From the NCBI GenBank assembly GCA_000004985.1, contig GG738874.1: 64,000 nt of DNA, one strand, 5' to 3'. A program made the translations under genes and the position numbers. Positions 12,901 to 24,300 of the stretch are shown here, piece by piece (the stretch's first letter is position 1; every line of letters begins with the position of its first letter). The notes beneath the pieces were generated by a model. It was not told where the DNA came from, did not search any database, and saw only the letters and a list, made by a program, of their open reading frames with translations. This stretch comes from Naegleria gruberi. Its lineage: Eukaryota.

Positions 12901-13045
12901 TTCTTCTAGAATGTGTGTATGCCTTCTTTAATGAGTGAGACTCTTCCAATAATCGGAGAGGAAAGAAATCATATTCTTCATCCTCTTGTTGGTCAGTCTT
13001 CTTCTTGTTGTGATACAATGTTTTGGTAGCCAATTGTAGAGACAT
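9974..13045 (-). CDS. cpRAS-VWA-RING protein. A circularly permuted Ras-like GTPase domain (order G3-G4-G5-G1-G2) is followed by a Ser-rich linker, a zinc finger, a von Willebrand A domain and a C-terminal C3HC4 RING. Exons 13045..12802, 12736..12319, (12276?), 12229..9974.
   Basis: Reading 5' to 3' on the minus strand the motifs appear in this order: LIDLLDTAGQE (G3), RDQYYRTSYGFLIVFSITD, LIANKSD (G4), ETSAK (G5), then in frame DEYRFSIVGSGGVGKS (G1/P-loop) and YDPT(I/M)EDSYRKQIVV (G2/switch I). Intron 12737..12801 joins QE|EYSSLRDQY. VWA MIDAS motif: LLVFCIDISGSMC. RING: CIVCMDKEINVVLVPCGHMIMCDGCANKLTNKSCPTCRKP. The junction from the G2 exon to the downstream exon is non-trivial (see findings). 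Confidence 0.6.
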
Positions 13046-13353
13046 TTTCTTTAAACTTTTTAATAAATTAAAATAATGATGATTAACATAAACATGATGG
13101 TTGTTGTACAATATCTAACAACGGGTAAAACTGAGAACTATGGTTCCATCATGTTCTAATGTAACTCTGAACAATATTTTGAAAAGTCACTATGATGAGA
13201 AGAGATATTTTATTTTTTAAAATTCTTAAAATAATTTTTAATAATTTTTAAAAAGCAAAATAATTTGTGTGAATAGGCAGAAATGAAACTACCGTTACAA
13301 ACAATACCATCTATTATTATCAACTAACTGAAAAAATATTCCTCACATCAAGA

Positions 13354-14335
13354 ATGCTAACACGAAGCAAGAGAAACAATCTGCAAAACAAGAGGAGACT
13401 CTACTCTGAAGCCATTAAATATTACTCTTCATCCGAAGAATCAGAAGAGGACGATGAAACAGAAAGTGAACAAGAAGATAACCAACCAAATAATGGTGAA
13501 AATGCTCAAGGAGATGATGAATATAATTATTCTTCACCCGAAGAAGAATTCGCATCAGATATTTCCAATGATGATGAAACACCAAATATCAAACACAACA
13601 AAAAGAAGAGAAAACGCAATTCATCACCGGAAGAGGAATCCAGGAATACTTTTGAATCACCAATTATTATTGATGATCAATCCTCTCCTATTGATTTATT
13701 AACACCTCCCACCACAACAACAAATTCAAAATCAAATTCTTCACATCATTTAGGTGATGAAACAATAATTCTCTCCGATTCATCTGAAGTTTCAGTCATT
13801 ATTGATATATCAGATTTTTCTAACAACAATAGTTCGTGCTCATTGAATCAATGTGCAGATGATCATCAACATGGTAATTCACCATCACCACCACTGAATT
13901 ATCCTCCTTCACCACCACATTTTCAAGAGATGATGGCGCAACCAACTTTAAACGAAAAGTTTGCATCATCACCATCAGCAACATGTTTGGAAAATAAAGC
14001 AGCTGAAGGTAGTGAAGATCATGAACCCCCATTGTTGGAGCCAATTGAAGAGTTTCAAGTGAATACTGAACCAGAAAGTCAATTAGAAGATGATAACATT
14101 TCTTTGGACTTTAATATCCTCAAATTGGCAGGTCAAAAGTCTTGTCACTAGCGAACTAAAACAAATTTTAGATCTGGATCCATTGGATAATGGTGAAGAA
14201 TCGAATAATGAAGAAAATGTTGGGAAGTTACTGGCTCATTTTGGGGAAACAGATAGAGAATTTCTTGCACAATATGCTAAACTAGATGACTCTAAGAAAC
14301 AGAAACTCTTAGAATATATTGCAACCCTGCAATAG
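13354..14335 (+). CDS. Hypothetical acidic Ser/Asp/Glu-rich protein. Exons 13354..14131, 14172..14335.
   Basis: A 265-aa low-complexity acidic ORF. A 40-bp intron at 14132..14171 (gtcaaaag...ttttag) joins it in frame to the downstream 54-codon ORF (...ILKLA|DLDPLDNGEE...). Stop TAG at 14333-14335. Confidence 0.45.
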
Positions 14336-14918
14336 CTTAATGATTTAGTGGAGATTGTTATCCTTCAGCTGAATTATCATTTATTGAGAGAATATACCAA
14401 CTCATAATTATTATTATCAAGATTATACTTGAATAGTGTTCAAATAAATTCATTGATGATCTATGAGATTAATGAGTGTGAAATCTTTGAATCACCTTAA
14501 CAAGTGTTGACTATTATGAAAATAGGATGCAAAACTATTGATTTTCACAGTATTTATCAAGATATAATAATTCAATCATTCATCCATATTTAAATATTAA
14601 CAAGTAAAATAAATTAGCACCACCTGCTCAGGCACTATTTAGAAACTTTATAAATTATTGCATTTCTCATTAAATACTGCAATACAATGTGATGAGGGAA
14701 TCTTCAATAGTGCATTTTCAAATAAAATTCAATTCTTCCTGTTATAGTGGATGGGATATCAGTTTTGGATCCACAGGTTTCAACTTTGAAACACTGTTCA
14801 AAATCAAATAGTGATTTCCATTTAAAAATTTGTCAAGTCAAAAAACCGTTACACATCACGTGTCAATTGAGTAAATTGTTCACTATCAATAAACTGTTTC
14901 ATCAAAACAATTAAAAAA

Positions 14919-15780
14919 ATGGGTAAGAAGGATTCGAAAGTGAAAGTAGGTTGATGTAGTAGAAAATGTCAAACTAATCTTTAATTATTCGAATTGTGTA
15001 CTAGGTAGTTGCCGTAGGAGATGGTGCTGTCGGCAAAACATGTTTATTGATGGTTTATGTAGGTGTTATTGTTTTGCACTTTCTTCAATGATTTTATTCG
15101 ATTCTTGTGGAAACTTGTCCGAATACGCCATTTCTATGATGTTGTATTTTAATGTTCGGAATATCACACTTCATCTGTATCATCATAATTTTCCTATTTT
15201 ACCAATAATATTTCATCAAAATTTTGTTTCGAATAACATAGGTAAATAATGAATTTCCAGAAGAATACATTCCAACAGTTTTTGAAAATTACGATACAAA
15301 TGTCAAACACAAGGGAAATAACATAACATTATCTGTTTGGGATACTGTACGTAATATTGTAACAACAACATTATACGAAACATCACATTGATCTATATAT
15401 TCTAAACATTATGAACTATTTAGGCTGGTCAAGAAGATTACGATGAATTGAGACATTTATCATTCACATTTTGTAATTGTTTCCTAGTTTGTTTTGCAGT
15501 TACCAACAAGACCTCATTCAACAATATCAGTACCAAGTGGATACCTGAAATTAAGAATTTTTCAGCAAAAACTCCATTCATTCTCGTTGGAACTAAGGGA
15601 GATATGAGAGGAAAGAATTCAGATGCTGATGTTGTGAGTTATGCGGAGGCTGAAAAGCTAGCTAAGGATATTGGAGCTGTTTGTTATATTGAATCATCTG
15701 CTCGTACAAGAAAGGGTGTTGATGAGGTGTTCCAAAAGGCTATTGATATTAATGTAAAGAAGGGATGCGAAATTATGTAA
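14919..15780 (+). CDS. Rho/Rac-family small GTPase with a C-terminal CAAX motif (CEIM). Exons 14919..14945, 15005..15058, 15242..15346, 15424..15780.
   Basis: The spliced product reads MGKKDSKVK|VVAVGDGAVGKTCLLMVY|VNNEFPEEYIPTVFENYDTNV...LSVWDT|AGQEDYDELRHLSF...LVGTKGDMR...ESSARTRKGVDEVF...KKGCEIM. Introns 14946..15004 (gtaggt...ctag), 15059..15241 and 15347..15423 (gtacgt...tttag). All G1-G5 motifs are present. Confidence 0.85.
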
Positions 15781-15825
15781 AATAGAAAATGGATTAAAAA
15801 ATATATGTTTGAATTTAAAAAAGGT

Positions 15826-15899
15826 TACAGCGAGCGGGGCTTGAACCCGCGACCTTAAGCGTGTTAGGCTTACGATCTAACCAACTGATCTATCGCTGC
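15826..15899 (-). tRNA. tRNA-Val (anticodon AAC)
   Basis: The reverse complement folds as a cloverleaf. Acceptor GCAGCGA/TCGCTGT. D-arm GATCAGTTGGTTAGATC. Anticodon stem TAAGC/GCTTA with loop CTAACAC. T-arm GCGGGTTCAAGCCCCGC. Discriminator A. It lies 45 bp downstream of the Rho GTPase stop. Confidence 0.8.
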
Positions 15900-16019
15900 T
15901 TACACTCTTATCATCTAAAATTTTAATACTATTCGTATCCCAATTCCTAAATTAACCAAAAACTGGAAATAGATAAGACCCATAAAACCAAATAAATCCA
16001 GAGCTTATCAAAGAAAAAA

Positions 16020-16922
16020 ATGCTCGATTTCCCAACTGACTCTGAGGACAGAACTTCAACCTACGATGAAAACCTCTCCAAGGCAACTTACTATGCAATG
16101 AAACCAACTCATTCACTCACAAATCAATCGGGAGTAAGGAAAACTCGATTTTCCTTTCGAAAACCCAATTCTCATACCCAACCGGAGGTTGTTGTGAATG
16201 GGGAAATACAACATTCTCATCATTATCAACAATCGAATCAATCGAATCTAAATTATTCGAATTACAACCATCCTTTCGGCGATCAACCAGCAATTCCATA
16301 CGAATCCTCAATGGCTGTTCTTCAGAATACTTCAGATCATCACAATCAACCTCCTATTTATTCAGATAAACCAAGTTTTCGGCTATCAGAAAGTGATGAG
16401 CAACGAAAACTCCAACAAGTTATTCGAAGAAGTTTCGTCCTCGCCATTTTGAGTTGGTTGTTCTGTGGTGGATGTTTCTACAGTTGTCTATGTTTCCTCC
16501 CTCTATATAGAAAGAATTACATCTTTTACAATGTGGAAAATTCATTTCTCGATGATACTTCCAGTGGCTACGGTCTTCGAAAGAATAACAAATCAGTTTC
16601 CAATAATGCAATGTACTATTCGAATCAAGATGAAGAAATCCAACAACAAGCAACAGCCAACGAAGACCAAATCATTGACCAAAACAATAGACAGACCAAT
16701 AATGGTGAATGGAAATATGTCATGAAAAGTTTCAAGGGAAATCGTTTCAGAGATTCTCCCTACAGAAGTATTAAGCATCGAGCTGAGAGTGCTTTTGATT
16801 GTGGATTTTGTGGATGTTTGGCGTTGAATTGTTTGTTGATGTTTTGGGTGGTGGCTTTGGGGAGTAGTGCCCTGATTATTGTCCTGTTGAAATTCTTCTA
16901 TTCTGGTTATAATAAAATGTAA
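16020..16922 (+). CDS. Hypothetical membrane protein with two hydrophobic segments that each carry a Cys cluster (CGGCFYSCLC, CGFCGCLALNC)
   Basis: A 300-aa ORF with a true ATG. Q/N/S-rich N-terminal half. Two predicted TM hairpins with a CxxC-rich motif at the membrane edge. No recognisable domain. Confidence 0.45.
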   Translation: MLDFPTDSEDRTSTYDENLSKATYYAMKPTHSLTNQSGVRKTRFSFRKPNSHTQPEVVVNGEIQHSHHYQQSNQSNLNYSNYNHPFGDQPAIPYESSMAVLQNTSDHHNQPPIYSDKPSFRLSESDEQRKLQQVIRRSFVLAILSWLFCGGCFYSCLCFLPLYRKNYIFYNVENSFLDDTSSGYGLRKNNKSVSNNAMYYSNQDEEIQQQATANEDQIIDQNNRQTNNGEWKYVMKSFKGNRFRDSPYRSIKHRAESAFDCGFCGCLALNCLLMFWVVALGSSALIIVLLKFFYSGYNKM

Positions 16923-17107
16923 AAAGTTGTGTGTGTGAGTTGAATTTCGAATATTGATGAAAATATGAAATTCGAAAGTGTATTGTAAAGTAGGATTCCT
17001 GTTAGAAAGGCAAGGAATTTGATCAATTTCTATTGGATATTGGACATTAAGAAGGAATACGGAGTTAATGATAACCTCCGTGAGCTTTTAGTTTTTTTTA
17101 TCCTAAA

Positions 17108-18373
17108 ATGAAACGTTCAAACAATAACTATTCGAATCATTCACTAAAAAAAATGATCAAACAACAAGCGCTTTTCTTCCTGTCAGTAATCATCCTGGTG
17201 CTGACTTTCATGCAAACAACAAATTGTGAAATCTTTTCAGTGCCATTCAATGTCACAGTTGGATATCCTTTCAAATGGAGAACAGAATCATTCACCGATA
17301 TTGGATATACCTTTCTAACTGAAAAGACATCTGGAGTTGCTGTTTATACAGACCTTTCAGATTCTACTGATTTTAACAGCTATTCGATTCCTTCCAATTT
17401 GAAAGGATATGATTTGTTTGGAGTTTTCCAAATTGACATGCAAAAAGTTATTACTCCACAAGGTGGTGGTGCATCCTTCTCCTTTACACATTTCTTTTCT
17501 TTTGGCATTTTGAATGTGAATCCAAAAGAGTTGTGTCTTGTTGGTGTGGACAAGGACACGAAGAAGTTTCTTCCAATTGACTTTACAACAGATTCAACAC
17601 AATTCACTCAAACAATCACTCTTCCTATCGAAACAAAAGTTTATACAATGGCCATTTTGGGTTTAGAAAGAGAAATTCCTGCATCATTTGGAGTTTCTAC
17701 TTTGGTCAACTATCGTGCCTCTCTCAAATATGAAATTCACAAGGATTTGAATCAATATTTGAGTGCTTTCATTAATAGACCTCTCACATATCCTTCCCAT
17801 GAATATATTGCTCAATTGGTTGACAATCAAATTGCCCTTCCCTCAAATCAATTAATTGAAATTGCTTCCTTCTCATTCAATCCAATGTTTGCTCAAAGTT
17901 ATCAGGGAAGAATGGTCATTAATGATTTCATGTTTAGTTTTGATCTTTCTAAAGGATTTGTCGATAGAAATGGAAAGCAAGTTGAGATTGATTTTGAATC
18001 TCTTCAATGTTTGTACATTGTCGATGAAAAACAAGGTTTCGTCCAAAGACCTCGCTCAGATGTCTTTCCTACTTGGCAAAAACTGGCGTGCTCTCCAGGA
18101 ATTGGACAGAACGACTTTTATCCAAAGTACATGACCATTGTTGCCAATCGTAAATCAGCACCTACACCTGTACCATCCAAAAGTTCAATTCCTCAACCAT
18201 TGGTTTCAAAATCCAGCTCAGAACCAATACATCCTTCATTCTCCAAGGGTGTTTCTGGGTCCACTAATCCACAAAATAGTTTCCATCCTCGAAATAATAA
18301 TCAAGCAAAGACTGTAGTCAATACTGTATTGGTTGCATTGATGATTATTTTGAGTTCCTTATTAGTTGTTTAA
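17108..18373 (+). CDS. Hypothetical type I membrane glycoprotein with an N-terminal signal anchor, a Ser/Pro-rich stalk and a C-terminal TM
   Basis: A 421-aa ORF. The N-terminal hydrophobic segment is ALFFLSVIILVLTF. Many N-x-S/T sites. The C-terminal Ser/Pro-rich region is followed by TVVNTVLVALMIILSSLLVV. Confidence 0.45.
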   Translation: MKRSNNNYSNHSLKKMIKQQALFFLSVIILVLTFMQTTNCEIFSVPFNVTVGYPFKWRTESFTDIGYTFLTEKTSGVAVYTDLSDSTDFNSYSIPSNLKGYDLFGVFQIDMQKVITPQGGGASFSFTHFFSFGILNVNPKELCLVGVDKDTKKFLPIDFTTDSTQFTQTITLPIETKVYTMAILGLEREIPASFGVSTLVNYRASLKYEIHKDLNQYLSAFINRPLTYPSHEYIAQLVDNQIALPSNQLIEIASFSFNPMFAQSYQGRMVINDFMFSFDLSKGFVDRNGKQVEIDFESLQCLYIVDEKQGFVQRPRSDVFPTWQKLACSPGIGQNDFYPKYMTIVANRKSAPTPVPSKSSIPQPLVSKSSSEPIHPSFSKGVSGSTNPQNSFHPRNNNQAKTVVNTVLVALMIILSSLLVV

Positions 18374-18482
18374 TAAATTAGTAATAAAGGAAATAAAGGA
18401 ATTCATTTTTGAATCAAAAACTTCGTTCGAATTCGAAATTGCTTAACTAAGTATAATAAACCAATTTTGCCATCCAATTTAA

Positions 18483-20540
18483 CTATTCCATGGCACTTGC
18501 TAACTTTTTCAAATCTGTCCAATCTTGCTCGGATAAACACTCACATCCAGGATAATTCTTCCATTTTTCAATATTGTCAAAAACTTTAGAATTTCTTTCA
18601 ATAGCTCTCCTCAGTAGATCCTTATTGAGAAACACTTGATAACCTGGATGACACAAATTATCTACAAAATTATCTGGTGAACTATCCCACAAATGCTCAC
18701 TGAATGCTTGACATGCTGTAATTTCCTTGATTGGAACACCCATTTCCATTGCCAGATCAATCACTTGTCTATTTTCTCTAAATGTCTGTCCAAAATACTT
18801 GTAGCAAACTTTGTTTTTCCTAATGCATTTCATGACAAAGTCTATTGGAAGATACTTATAGTATGATTGTGGATGGTAACGACTGTCCATTAACCAATCA
18901 CAGAAATCCCTATTATTTAGTAACAGGTCGTGATGTATGTAAGCGAGTGGTGTCAGTCCATGCCATTTGACTGCTTGTTTCATAAGGTCAATATCAAATG
19001 GGAATGCTTTACAAACAGCATAACAAATTGAATTACTTTCTTTCCTATAGTGATATGAAGGTGTTGTCAATATATGGGTCATTATTTCTCTATCTGAGTA
19101 ACAAGCAGAAGGAAGTTTTTCAAAATGAATATTAACCCCAATTTTAAAAAGCAGTAGCTTAACAAGAGATGCCTCTTTCCTTAGCTCATCTGATAGCTTA
19201 TAATAAAAAGAATAATTCTTACATATAAATAGTGAAGCAAATTGTAGATCGGTAATAAGTGGTGCTGCTCTGCAAAGTTCTTGGAAGTTAAAAGAGGCGA
19301 TATTGAACTCTATTTCATTCTTTAGAAACTTGTAAAATCTTATAATGGAAAATGGGTAGACTGAAATAATTTGTTTCATCAAGAGTTCTGATGATAGATT
19401 ATTCTCATCATCAACTGGAATACCGTTAGTGACAAGATATTCTTTCAATATTTCTTGGTCATTTAACAAAGCCTCTCCAATGCTAAGAATGGAAATCATT
19501 CTCTTTCTATTACTGTGTAATTGAAAATATCTCAGTACAAAATTCTTATCATTTCTCAATTCTTCTTTACATGTAATGAGACCATTTGAATGGTTTTTTA
19601 AAATGTACTTTTCTTCCTCTGTTTCCATTGAAAGATTTTCCAAATGAGGATATTTCGATTTTGTTAATTGGAGCAAATGATCTTTACAAGCACGATATTT
19701 TTCACAACATCCAATGGAAATAAATTTCAGAGCTACATTTGGATTTTCAATTGAATTAAAAAGATTGGTATGATTTCTCAAAAGGATACTTTCTTGAATT
19801 TGGAACGGAGACTTTTCAATAATTATTTTGAAATTGTTGCAAATTGAGTCAATTCTAAATTCAAGACCTCTCTCTTCCAATAAATGATAAAATTTGAGAA
19901 CCATTAGTGGTCTATTCTTCAAAATCTCTTCAATCAATTCAAAAGTATTCAATGAATCAAATCTTTCATGTCTCCACTCTTTTTCAGACATCATTCCTCT
20001 TCTCAATACTTGTGAATCGGATAATAAAGACTCTCCCACATAGTGCAGTGTGTTAAATCTTCTTCCCAACACTTTCATTACAAATTCCTTATCATTTCTC
20101 AAGTCTGAGCTGGCAAATTGTAAAGCCAATGGATTGTGTTTACATGCATCAAGAACAATCTCTCTATCATTTCTAAAATTAGTAGCTAATTGTAATGCTA
20201 AAATGTCCTTCTTGACTAATTCTGAAACTACATGTCTTATTTGGAATAATTTCTCTGGTAGTGCATTTAATGAATAATATTTAAAGTTAAACAATTGTTT
20301 GGTCAACTCGGGAGATTTTGCAAGAGCAGAAACCAAATTCACCCAATCCATTTTCGGATGAGAGCCAATAACAAACAACAAGCTCGGTTGATTTTCATAA
20401 TCTCTAAATAAATTATTAATATGATAATACATAGATTTGTAATTATTTTCAGTAAGAATTCTAACAATTTTGTCAAGTTTCTCCATTCTTTCCCAAATAG
20501 ATTCTGCTTTGTCTTTCCTTTTGACCTTTCTTTGATTCAT
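18483..20540 (-). CDS. DUF4116-repeat protein with repeated DxEIVLxAVxxNxxALQFASxxLRNDKEFV units
   Basis: A 705-aa ORF. The track start at 20600 is a TTG; the first ATG is at 20540 (MNQRKVKRK...). It contains repeats such as NDREIVLDACKHNPLALQFASSDLRNDKEFVMKVL and LRNDKNFVLRYFQ, which are typical of the DUF4116 family. Confidence 0.55.
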   Translation of the reverse strand: MNQRKVKRKDKAESIWERMEKLDKIVRILTENNYKSMYYHINNLFRDYENQPSLLFVIGSHPKMDWVNLVSALAKSPELTKQLFNFKYYSLNALPEKLFQIRHVVSELVKKDILALQLATNFRNDREIVLDACKHNPLALQFASSDLRNDKEFVMKVLGRRFNTLHYVGESLLSDSQVLRRGMMSEKEWRHERFDSLNTFELIEEILKNRPLMVLKFYHLLEERGLEFRIDSICNNFKIIIEKSPFQIQESILLRNHTNLFNSIENPNVALKFISIGCCEKYRACKDHLLQLTKSKYPHLENLSMETEEEKYILKNHSNGLITCKEELRNDKNFVLRYFQLHSNRKRMISILSIGEALLNDQEILKEYLVTNGIPVDDENNLSSELLMKQIISVYPFSIIRFYKFLKNEIEFNIASFNFQELCRAAPLITDLQFASLFICKNYSFYYKLSDELRKEASLVKLLLFKIGVNIHFEKLPSACYSDREIMTHILTTPSYHYRKESNSICYAVCKAFPFDIDLMKQAVKWHGLTPLAYIHHDLLLNNRDFCDWLMDSRYHPQSYYKYLPIDFVMKCIRKNKVCYKYFGQTFRENRQVIDLAMEMGVPIKEITACQAFSEHLWDSSPDNFVDNLCHPGYQVFLNKDLLRRAIERNSKVFDNIEKWKNYPGCECLSEQDWTDLKKLASAME

Positions 20541-20929
20541 CTTTTTATAACTCTTCAAGAATGGATATTTAAACTTGTGTAATTTGCTTGATACTATCAA
20601 AGGGAAGAAAATGTCCTCGGAAGATCAACTCTACTGATTTGTAACATTCTACAAAGGATTCGTTTAATTTCAAACGATTCTTACTCTCTTCACGAATAAT
20701 TTTCACAAATTGTTGATAATTACAATTATTGGAATAAAATTCAGCTCTTAAAGTTGCATCTCTGTTGTTGGCAACATCTAAAAGCAGCGTAACTTGTGAT
20801 GACATTTTTTATTCTAGTGGTGCAAACAGGAATTTGTGTTGGAGCAGTTTGACTGGCTTGTGCTCTCTCATAAGATGATTCCATTGAACTATAATCTTTT
20901 TACCACAACATACAGTTTAGTAAAAATTT

Positions 20930-21010
20930 CGCGGTCTACAGGATTCGAACCTGTGCGGGTCGCCCCAATTGATTTCTAGTCAATCACCTTAACCACTCGG
21001 TCAAGACCGC
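20930..21010 (-). tRNA. tRNA-Ser (anticodon AGA)
   Basis: The reverse complement reads GCGGTCTTGACCGAGTGGTTAAGGTGATTGACTAGAAATCAATTGGGGCGACCCGCACAGGTTCGAATCCTGTAGACCGC. Acceptor GCGGTCT/AGACCGC. Anticodon loop CTAGAAA. Long variable arm. Discriminator G. Confidence 0.8.
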
Positions 21011-21104
21011 TTCTCGCTTACTTTGGTTAAGGTAACGGTACAATCAATTTTTACTTTATAAGAATATGCATATTGCAAGCAAACATGAAAATTAAAATTT
21101 CAGA

Positions 21105-21185
21105 CGCAGACTGCAGGATTCGAACCTACGAAGGTTTCCCCAACAGATTTCAAGTCTGTCGCCTTAACCACTCGGCCAAGTCTGC
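21105..21185 (-). tRNA. tRNA-Ser (anticodon TGA)
   Basis: The reverse complement reads GCAGACTTGGCCGAGTGGTTAAGGCGACAGACTTGAAATCTGTTGGGGAAACCTTCGTAGGTTCGAATCCTGCAGTCTGC. Anticodon loop CTTGAAA. Long variable arm. It lies 95 bp from the Ser-AGA gene in the same orientation. Confidence 0.8.
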
Positions 21186-21301
21186 TACATCATGAATGTT
21201 TAGTAAGGCATTGGTATGGAAAAAGGTAATTCTTCATGTTCTTTTAAATTGGTGTTGTAATTTCAAATCATTTCATGAAAACTTCAGTTTATTCCAATAT
21301 C

Positions 21302-24300
21302 CTATGCCAACAATGATCTTCTCTCATCACTTGTTGAAGTCTTATCATAAGACTTTTGGAGAGCATGTTTCGAATTCTTATCCGAATTCATTCTTTCTCT
21401 CACTTTTTGGATACCGAGATTGGATCTGAGTTGTTTGTAAGGCTTCCACTTTCTCTTTTCTCTTTGAAGAAGCTTTTCTAAAATTCTACCAAACCAAGAC
21501 TTATCGTTAGCACATGTAATGGCTTTGATAAAACGTAAAATGTTGTAAATTGTAAAACCTTTGATTAATTGTCTGAAAGGAATTCTCCAAATTAAGAACA
21601 TCTCCCAAAAGTATCCAATAAAGTAGTGAGCTGCACAATATCCAAAGAGACGTAATTTGAATTCCATTGGGAAACTAATAAATTGGAATGCTGTTTTTAA
21701 ATAATGGCATGGTTCAAATAATATGTAAGTGGTAAACAAGTACAATATAGTAAGGAGCAAGACATAGATAAAGTTGTGAGTTATGAGAGGTCTCTTAAAT
21801 GGCTCACTAACACTCTGACTGACAGCTGAATTCAATACTGCAAAGCAACATGCAAGGTATGTAATAGTTGTTTCAAAACTAACAATATTGTCTTTTGGAT
21901 CTTTGTGAAGTGGAGCAGGTTTGTACCATGCTGTATCGAATAAAATTTCAAAGAAAACTCCCAACATTAAAGCAAATCCCCAGAAAATTTGACCAAGCAA
22001 ACTAACAAGAACAAATCTAGAGAAGAGAGATTCTGGTGGTTTTTCCTTATGGAGAGTTTCTGTGGCTTTGGAATTGGCCATCAATAGAACAACAGGTAAA
22101 ATAATGAACATGTCAATATACAAGTATTGTGTGTCACCAATTGTTGCATTTTGTCTATAGATGAGAACGGCCGCAAAGAATTCAAACAAGCTATACAAGG
22201 CCATGTACTTGAACATTTGGAAACTGGAAGAGAGTGCAGCTCTTCCTTCCTTAACTACATCCACAACTGATCGAATTGAATTTTGAACTGATGTAAAAGG
22301 TGCAGCAATACTTGCTTCGGCCTCTGAAAGAGAAACACCCACATGTGCTGCTTTCAAAGCCTCAACATCGTTACTGCCATCTCCACACATTACAGTCATG
22401 TAGCCCATCTTGATCAACTCTTCTACCACCTTCATTTTACCAGAAGGTGAAACTCTAGCATAGATATGGCAACATGAAAGAATAATATGGAGCAATGAAG
22501 GATTCTCAGCATCAACATACTCAATCTTATTTCCTCTTCCCATCTTGGCATTTTCATTGGTCTTTTCCACATAATCCTTGTGTGAGAAAACGATTGTGTC
22601 AAAAATCTCACCAATAATTGCCAATTCAAAGTTTTCATTTCTAAAGTCCTTTCTGATAATTTCACGTGAGGTAAGGGTAGGGGCTTTTGGATCATCAACA
22701 TTTCTCCAAATAATCTTATCATAAACTGCAGGGAGATAATGTTTCATAGGATTGCCTAGTATTGCATTATCGTTAATATCCTCATTGATTGATGGACCAT
22801 TGGTAGTTTGCACATGGTTGATGGCAAGTGCTTCCTTGCTTGCAAATTCAGCCAAATAAAGAGTCTTTCCCTTTGGAAGCATATAACATTTACGAGCAAC
22901 ACAAATTGTCGTGTATGGATTATCGCCAGTAATGACACACGCTCTCAAGTTAGCTTGGGTTAGTGTTCTAATCACAGATGGTGTTTCTGGTTTAAGTTTG
23001 TTTTCCATGCAAATTAAACCAAGGAAATCCAGTTTAGATTCAACTTCCTCTCTTGTGAGCTGGTCAGTATATTTGGCAATAAGAGGATCCACCAAGTTTC
23101 TTCCAAAAGATTCAGGTTTTTCTAGAATTTTTAACAATTCCTTATACTTGATAACTCTGCTGGCACATCCTAGAACACGATAACCCTTATGTGCATACTT
23201 GTAGAGAACCTTTTCAAAATCACCTGGAATTGTTTGAGCATGTGAGAGAGTCTTGAGCATTTCAGCGGAACCCTTAACGAAAAAGTGCAAATCTCCAGTA
23301 TTTTCGTTTTGTGCTACCACTGACATTCTTTGCAAACCAGATTTGAAATCAAAAATCTTGAGGATGATAAATGATGCAGTCTTTTGTGGTGCAGAGATGG
23401 TAATAGAGTTGGTAGACGATGCTTTCTTGTTATTTTGATTGGTACTAGCTTTATCTGATTCGACCAAATCCCAGGTTGTGGCTTCGAATAATTTAACGTC
23501 CAAAGGATCACCTGAATTAAAGTATTATTAATTTGAATTACAATTCGATTTAAAAAAACTTACCCACTAGCTTTCCAAAAACATATGACAAATTGTGACA
23601 ACAAGCCATACAATGAAGTAATGAATTGGTGGCATGCTTTAAATGATTCAACATTTCATTATCCTTAATCAAGTGTTCGAATCCCTTTGGTCCTATTGGA
23701 ACAACGCCATGCAAATCAAGACCATCTCTGGTTAGTGTATTTGTCTTATCGAAACATGCCATATTGACACGCCCACTGACATTAATTCTTGGAGGACTGA
23801 TTATTTGAGTGAATTCAACAAGCAGCGTGTAATAACTTACCTGATACAAAATATTCCCTTTTTCTTGAGTCTAGAAATAGCCATAGAAACACAAACACTC
23901 ATTGAAATAGGCAATGCAGGAGGTACAATAGTAGTTAATAAATCAAAACAAGAAATGATCATTTCACCCAATGGAGCATTCTTAACACTTTGATTGTACA
24001 AACTGTACGAAATACCAGCAATACCAAACAAGAACATCATGAATAAGAATTTCATAGAGTCACTGTAAAAAGAAAATTGGTTTGGCTTGGGATACAAAAT
24101 TGACAAGACCAATTTTCCTTTTGCTGTTTGAAAACCAGTTTGAATAACCATGGCACAAACAATCTCCTCTTCTGAGGATTCATAGAGAGCTGTTGGCTTA
24201 TTCAAAATTACTTGAGTACCAGAGAAGAGAGTATGAGTCTTATCGCGCATACAATTGTACTTTTCTGTTTCAGTTCCAGATTTTGGTATTGGAACTTTCT

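Noticed and set aside
12315-13111. Reading 12315..13111 as an ordinary Ras gene, or as two tandem Ras genes
   Set aside because: The G-motif order on the coding strand is G3-G4-G5-G1-G2 with no stop between the G5 and G1 regions. No P-loop exon lies upstream of 13111. A circular permutation fits better.
20569-20805. 78-aa minus-strand ORF upstream of the DUF4116 gene
   Set aside because: It is out of frame with the main ORF and I could not find a valid splice join. Probably 5' UTR. I kept it as uncertainty about that gene's start.
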